NCBI GenBank assembly: GCA_963762565.1
Contig: CAVXLD010000001.1
Coordinates: 800,001 to 864,000 of the forward strand
Reading direction: 5' to 3'
Source of the DNA: an uncultured Verrucomicrobiae bacterium
GTDB lineage: Bacteria; Verrucomicrobiota; Verrucomicrobiia; Chthoniobacterales; JAFAMB01
Length of the DNA: 64,000 nt
Below are positions 59,091 to 64,000 of the stretch, one piece after another. A program made the position numbers and the translations under genes. Within the stretch, counting starts at the first letter, position 1, and each line of letters begins with the position of its first letter. The notes under the pieces were generated by a model. That model had not been told where the DNA came from. It was given only the letters and a program-made list of their open reading frames with translations, and made no database searches.

Positions 59091-59792
59091 TCATTCGCCC
59101 TCCCAAATCATCTTTTGGGCTCCCGCCGCGATCTCACGTACTGTCTCTTCCGCGGTTTCGTTGCGGCGCAAAAAGCGATCTACTTCATGTGAGACCAGAT
59201 AAGATAGCCGGTTGTAGTTAGCCCCTAGAACATTAGAGGGTCTGGCCACCGCCCGGTCGAAACTCTCAGGCAGTTTCCCAAACCATGAAAGATAGCGTAG
59301 AAACGGGATCACGGATTTCCCAGGGCTGAAGCCCTGGGCTATTCTCCATTATCACGTGTAAGGTGGATGGGAAAATACATACTTTTTTAGCAGGTAGGTA
59401 AGGTAATAAAGCAAACTGACATCCACTGAAGTCGGAATAGAAACCAGTTTCCCATCTACGCTATTGTTCTTAATGACCTGCGGAAAATAGGCGCTGAGTT
59501 TTTCCGGGCTGAAATATCTCGTAAGATAGATGGCGTGCGGCGAGGCTGTCGGCTGCCAAGTCGTATCAATGGAATACACATCGATATCGGATGTCCGAGC
59601 TGCCCAATCGACGAGGAACTCTCCGAGCGCAGTCTCGTACGAGGGCGGTTTCGACACGTACACAACCTGATTACCAGTCTTGCTAGCCCATGCGTCCACC
59701 AGACGACGAGTAACTCTTCCGGCGTCACCAAACTCAGATGAACTCAGCAGGCCGATGGTAACCGCGCGACAATCCGCACCGAATAACAGCAT
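59091..59792 (-). pseudogene. Sugar ABC substrate-binding protein remnant
   Basis: N-part (DIDVYSIDTTW, DGKLVSIP, LLYY) and C-part (AVARP..NYNRLS) separated by a stop and a REP-like palindrome; central region missing. Confidence 0.7.
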
Positions 59793-59985
59793 GAGGCCCA
59801 GGAAAAAAAGTGGGTTCAGTCTGCGGAACTGTACATAGCGGCGCTCAAGCCATTGACTCGCACAGATTGTTCTGGTTGTTTCTTAGGGCTGCAATCAGCG
59901 TTCCCCTATATCCACGTTTGATTTGTGTGCCCCCTGGTCGACATAGCTAAAAAGGGGCGAGGGGCGAAGTCTGCCGGCTTCAATC

Positions 59986-60732
59986 ATGCGACTATTGCTT
60001 ACAGCCGAACTGCATTACCGCCTATCATGGTTCAAATGGCTGGAAGCGCAAGCCGTTCATTACGAGGCGATCGCGATCTGCGGTGACCTGCTGGACGTGT
60101 TTTACAAGGAGCCGCTAAAGCGTCAAGTACAACGGACAACGAGTTGGCTCCGCGGCCTGGCGGCAAAAACCAGCGTGATCCTTTGTTCAGGTAATCATGA
60201 CACAATCGATATCCCTGTGGAACGCTCTTCCGGTCCGATGCTCACCTGGTTAGCGGACTTAGAATCGGTCGTCACTGTTGATGGCGGCACCAGGGTGATT
60301 TCTGATCAAGTCGTGATTACGAGCCTAGGCTTTGTCGCAACCGCCGCCAAAAAACGCCCGACTTTGGCTAACGGCCATCGATTGCGAAGCGAAAAAGTAC
60401 TGCCTTGGATTGTCCTGCATCATCATCCGCCTTCGTTCCATCAAGGAATCGGGCCCGAGGAGTTAACTGCAGGCAGCCTGATCAAAGAGTTTGCACCAGA
60501 CTTCTGGGCATCAGGGCGGCTTTACGGTCAAGAACTCTTTGTTAAGAGGCGCGGTTGGGTTCAGCGGATAGGCAGCTCAATCGTGTTGAATACCCCACAA
60601 TCGTATGTAGGACAGCAATTGTTAGATGGCTCTTTCCCAAATCACATTGTTCTTGATTTAGCGGCACGACAACTAACTTGGTACTGTGCCTATCAAGAGA
60701 AAGTTGATCAAGAAGCGTTTGATCACGGTTAG
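59986..60732 (+). CDS. Calcineurin-like metallophosphoesterase, divergent
   Basis: AELH, CGDLLD, SGNHD, HHPP motifs. Confidence 0.72.
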   Translation: MRLLLTAELHYRLSWFKWLEAQAVHYEAIAICGDLLDVFYKEPLKRQVQRTTSWLRGLAAKTSVILCSGNHDTIDIPVERSSGPMLTWLADLESVVTVDGGTRVISDQVVITSLGFVATAAKKRPTLANGHRLRSEKVLPWIVLHHHPPSFHQGIGPEELTAGSLIKEFAPDFWASGRLYGQELFVKRRGWVQRIGSSIVLNTPQSYVGQQLLDGSFPNHIVLDLAARQLTWYCAYQEKVDQEAFDHG

Positions 60733-60930
60733 TTCCCAAGATCGCTCAAGCCGTGGAGCGCTGCCTCCATTGAGCTCGTCGAGATGCTCAGGACAGGCCT
60801 CTCAAAAGAAAAAGGAGCGCCTCGCTTGCCTTAGAAGCGGAGGCACCCGTCAACTAGTCTGGTTAGTTTCCCCAAACCACCAGACTAAACTTGTACAGTC
60901 TTAGGTTCCGCTGATAGAGGCGGAAACTAA

Positions 60931-62803
60931 TTAGAAGTACCATTCAACCTGGGTGCCAAACAGCCACCCGTGATTTGTATTGCCGTTGTAAGGCGGCATG
61001 AATGGGGTACCAAATTCTCCATTCGGCGTGGTCAATCCTTTAAGCGAATCAGACCAAATGGCGTATGTCGCAAAGAAACGCAGTTCAGGTCTGGTGTAGT
61101 AACCACCATTCGGCTTGATCACAGGACCAAAGTCGAAGACTCGCAACCAACCATGTTGGGCGCCAAACCAGGAGTACCGTTAGCGTTACTATTATCTTGG
61201 TTACTCTCCCATATGCGCGCGAATTGCTCTTGGAACGCAATATTGTCTGTAATCCAGATGGCAGGGCGCATACCGAAGTCAACATCGTGGACGTGGAGGT
61301 AACGATTTTCGACACGGGAACCGTGTTGGGATTAATCACGTTCCCGCCGGCGTCGCTGCCGCCGGGTCCAGTCCCGGTTGTTCCGCCTACCGCTGAGCGA
61401 CCGTAAGTCTCCTCTCAGTTAGCCCATAACCCAATGGAAAACCATGGAAGCTCTGGAGCCGGAGCAGGTGCCGGCGCGGCCATCGTTTTGCCGTCCTTAG
61501 ACATCCCAGCGACTGGAGCAGGTTCGGAGTGATACCAGGGCAGAGCAAAATAAGCCTGGAAACCAGCCCTATACTCGAACGAATGATCAATAACATGACC
61601 TACGTTGATGGTTTGTACGGCCGGAGTTGTTGGGTTTCGGAAAAGATCAGGTTCTCAGCGTTTTGTACCGAAGAAGTGATCACCGGCACTGAAGTTTGTC
61701 GCACCTCTACCGAATAAGGCATAAGCAGTGAACGAGTTGTTACCGCCCCAGGTCCGAACTTAACGTTATAGATGGCGCCACCGCCGATACCCCAGGCGGA
61801 TGGTGTATGCACTGGGTTGGTTAGCGCCGTCACGTTGCCGTTACTATCGTAACCTTGCGTGAACGTGCCGCCCTTTTCCACGTTGCCGATCAAGACCAGC
61901 GCTAGGCTACCGGGGACCGGGCCAAGAGCGATATCCTTCAACCGGAGGTCAAAGGTGTGCTTGAAGAAGGTGCCGATACTCGGAGATATAAAGCCATTTC
62001 ATGGCAAAATCAGAAAGCCAGAAAGCAGTTTACTAACCCTATCACTCCATGACATAGACACCTCTCCATAACGGAATCATCAACCAGAAATAATCATCTG
62101 GATCAGTATTGAACCGGTCATAGAAGCGTTCACCACCCCAGAACGTAATCTCAGGTGCGCCTTTGAAGACATTCTTCATTTCCAGGAAGGCCTGGCGAAG
62201 AACGAAGTCAAAGTCGTTACCGCTGTTCTCAATCCCGCCGTGGCTGCCCGTGAAAGTGCTGCGGCTCTGGACGTAACGAATCGCCGGGGTGAACGTCATT
62301 GAAACATCCATGACGTCCGGGCTATCACCCAACATGTGGGCCTGCATCCAGGTCAACTCCATGTACGTATCGTTTTCGTTACCGAGACGCTCAAGACCGA
62401 AATGCGGGAAGTTAGGCACGTTGAAGTTGAAGTTGCCGCCGCCACGTTGCCGTTGAACTGGAACAAGGCACGAACGTAGGCAGAGAATGTGAAGTTCCGG
62501 GTCAAGGACTTGAGGAAGGACTCGTCTAGCGGCGCCTCCGAGACTCCTTGCATCGGCATCGGTTAGGATGTGGGTATTCAGGATCGAGCCGCTGTCAGCT
62601 TTGGATTCCAAAAACTTCATTTCGGCTTCCATCGCAGTAATACGATCTTCGTACTCCTTCTGCATCTTCTGCATTTGGGTCTTCAATGCAGAAACATCAT
62701 TGCTATTGTTACTGTTGTCCTGGGCCAAGCAAACCGACCCGGTCAATAGAAAGGCGATAGCCAGCTGCGCATAGAAGAATCCTGTGGGGGGACGTAACTT
62801 CAT
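60931..62803 (-). pseudogene. Carbohydrate porin (LamB/maltoporin-like), frameshifted and stop-interrupted
   Basis: Signal peptide and coiled coil, RLGNENDTYMEL, FWGGERFYDR, RPELRFFATY, terminal GTQVEWYF spread over several frames; in-frame TGA near 61415. Confidence 0.82.
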
Positions 62804-63088
62804 GCTGTTTTATGTTCCTTTGGGGTAAGAGTTAAGGCTCGAGCTCAAGCCGGCACCTACCAGCACGAGGTCGATGACGGCTCTCTTAGGAACAGCTGGA
62901 TACAAAGTCGAGACGAAGGTCCCCAGATAGGACGCCTGGATAAATTCACATGACGATTTGATAAGCCGCGTCCCGATCCACCGTCCATCGAGCAGCTCAG
63001 TCTGGTCGGGGGCAGTAAGCAGTAAGCAGTAAGCAGTAAGCAATGAGTCAGTGATCAACCTGCTGGCGGCTTTCGAAGTGCTTACCGC

Positions 63089-63984
63089 TCACTGCTCACT
63101 TCTCTCTGCCGGGGTTTCCCCCAAGATTGAATGATAAAGATCGCCGGCGAAACTAGAGCGGTCCCTGCGGCGGATTTCTTTAAAGACGCGAGAAAAATGT
63201 TGGATGGTGGCAAACCCGCATTCGAGAGCGATATCGCCGATTGGTAGATCGGAACTCAACAGCAAAGCTTCCGCGTGACGAATTCGTACTTTGGTTAGCT
63301 GCTTATGCATAGAGCTCCCTGCTTCCTGGCTGAAAAGCGCGGCTAATCTCCCACGGGAGAGTCCAACCTCTTCTGCTAACGTGCGTAGGGTCCAGTCTTC
63401 TCTAAAACGGCCCTCAAGAATTCTCAGTGCTCTCGAAAGCGCCGGGTGCAGAGCGGCCGGGGAGGGTTCCGGTTTCGAGTTTTCCATCGCTCGCACGACT
63501 TCAAGGACGAGCGCATCCAGCGCCAAACGCAACCCAGCGGCCTGATGCACAGAGCTTGTTGTGTCTTCTCGAATGATCTGCAGGAAATGACGTTCCAAGT
63601 GAGGTGAGCCAACTAGCGACAACGTGCTTTTAAGAGATTCTAACGCCTTCCACTCCGGATGACGATTTTCCACCGCTCGTAAATCAAACCCTACCCAAAG
63701 CAGGTGATGTTTTGGTTCCGGTCCGTGCTCCACCCAGTGATTCAGATTCGGAGGAAAACACCAAAGCGAGCCGGCTTTAAAAAGATCTCTCGTTCGCCCA
63801 TGAGTCCCATTCGCGTGGTCCCCTTTACAACGTAGCCGATCTCCCAATGGCGATGCAGGTGGGGACCCACTCGATATCTCGGCGCTTCCCAATGTTCGCC
63901 GGAGTCGATCACCTCCGGCAGAATCCTATCGAGTCCGACCGCCCAAAACCCAGCCAGAGGTCCTCTAGTTTTCAAAATCTGCAT
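63089..63984 (-). pseudogene. AraC-family regulator split by a frameshift
   Basis: Cupin part (PHLHRHWEIGYV) in the 63742-63984 frame; HTH part (LAEEVGLS, IALECGFATIQHFSRVFK) in another frame; switch near 63780. Confidence 0.78.
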
Positions 63985-64000
63985 AAGCCGTCCTTGAGGG

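Noticed and set aside
61387..61596. Foreign insertion or selenocysteine/recoded TGA inside the porin remnant
   Set aside because: The segment reads as porin-like sequence in another frame; the TGA is best explained as a TGG-to-TGA change among several other lesions
63770..63790. Programmed frameshift in the AraC gene
   Set aside because: Neighbouring genes are also broken and the C-terminus looks shifted too; decay or sequencing error is simpler

Overview
Bacterial chromosomal window of moderate GC. Protein style and the heavy load of intergenic repeats suggest a Verrucomicrobiota (Chthoniobacterales-like) organism; this is inference, not a database result. Most of the window is housekeeping: thrS-infC, dusB-rnhB-yraN, sucAB, a GldA/F/G-like ABC system, menG/ubiE, tRNA-Leu(CAG), dnaA-dnaN with a candidate origin region, argA, ndk, an RlmD-like methylase, rpe, tadA and queA. 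Accessory content includes a solitary hopanoid C-3 methylase (HpnR-like) and a complete IS4-family element carrying an AbrB-like passenger gene. It also includes a 15-kb LacI-controlled sugar-oxidation/CoA cluster (Afr-like reductase, CoA-transferase, fused gluconate-2-DH-subunit-3/GMC enzyme, enoyl-CoA hydratase, ALDH, GH88, ABC uptake, second GMC), a tiny signal-peptide-bearing nuclease-toxin/immunity-like pair coupled to rpe, and a decaying sugar-uptake locus at the right end. Almost every intergenic gap holds nested non-coding repeats: GTAG REP-like inverted pairs, several MITE-like families, 7-9 bp tandem-repeat arms in inverted pairs, and an ~85-bp micro-element inserted twice into other repeats' palindromes with CC duplications. 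All product calls come from motif recognition by eye; no searches were run.
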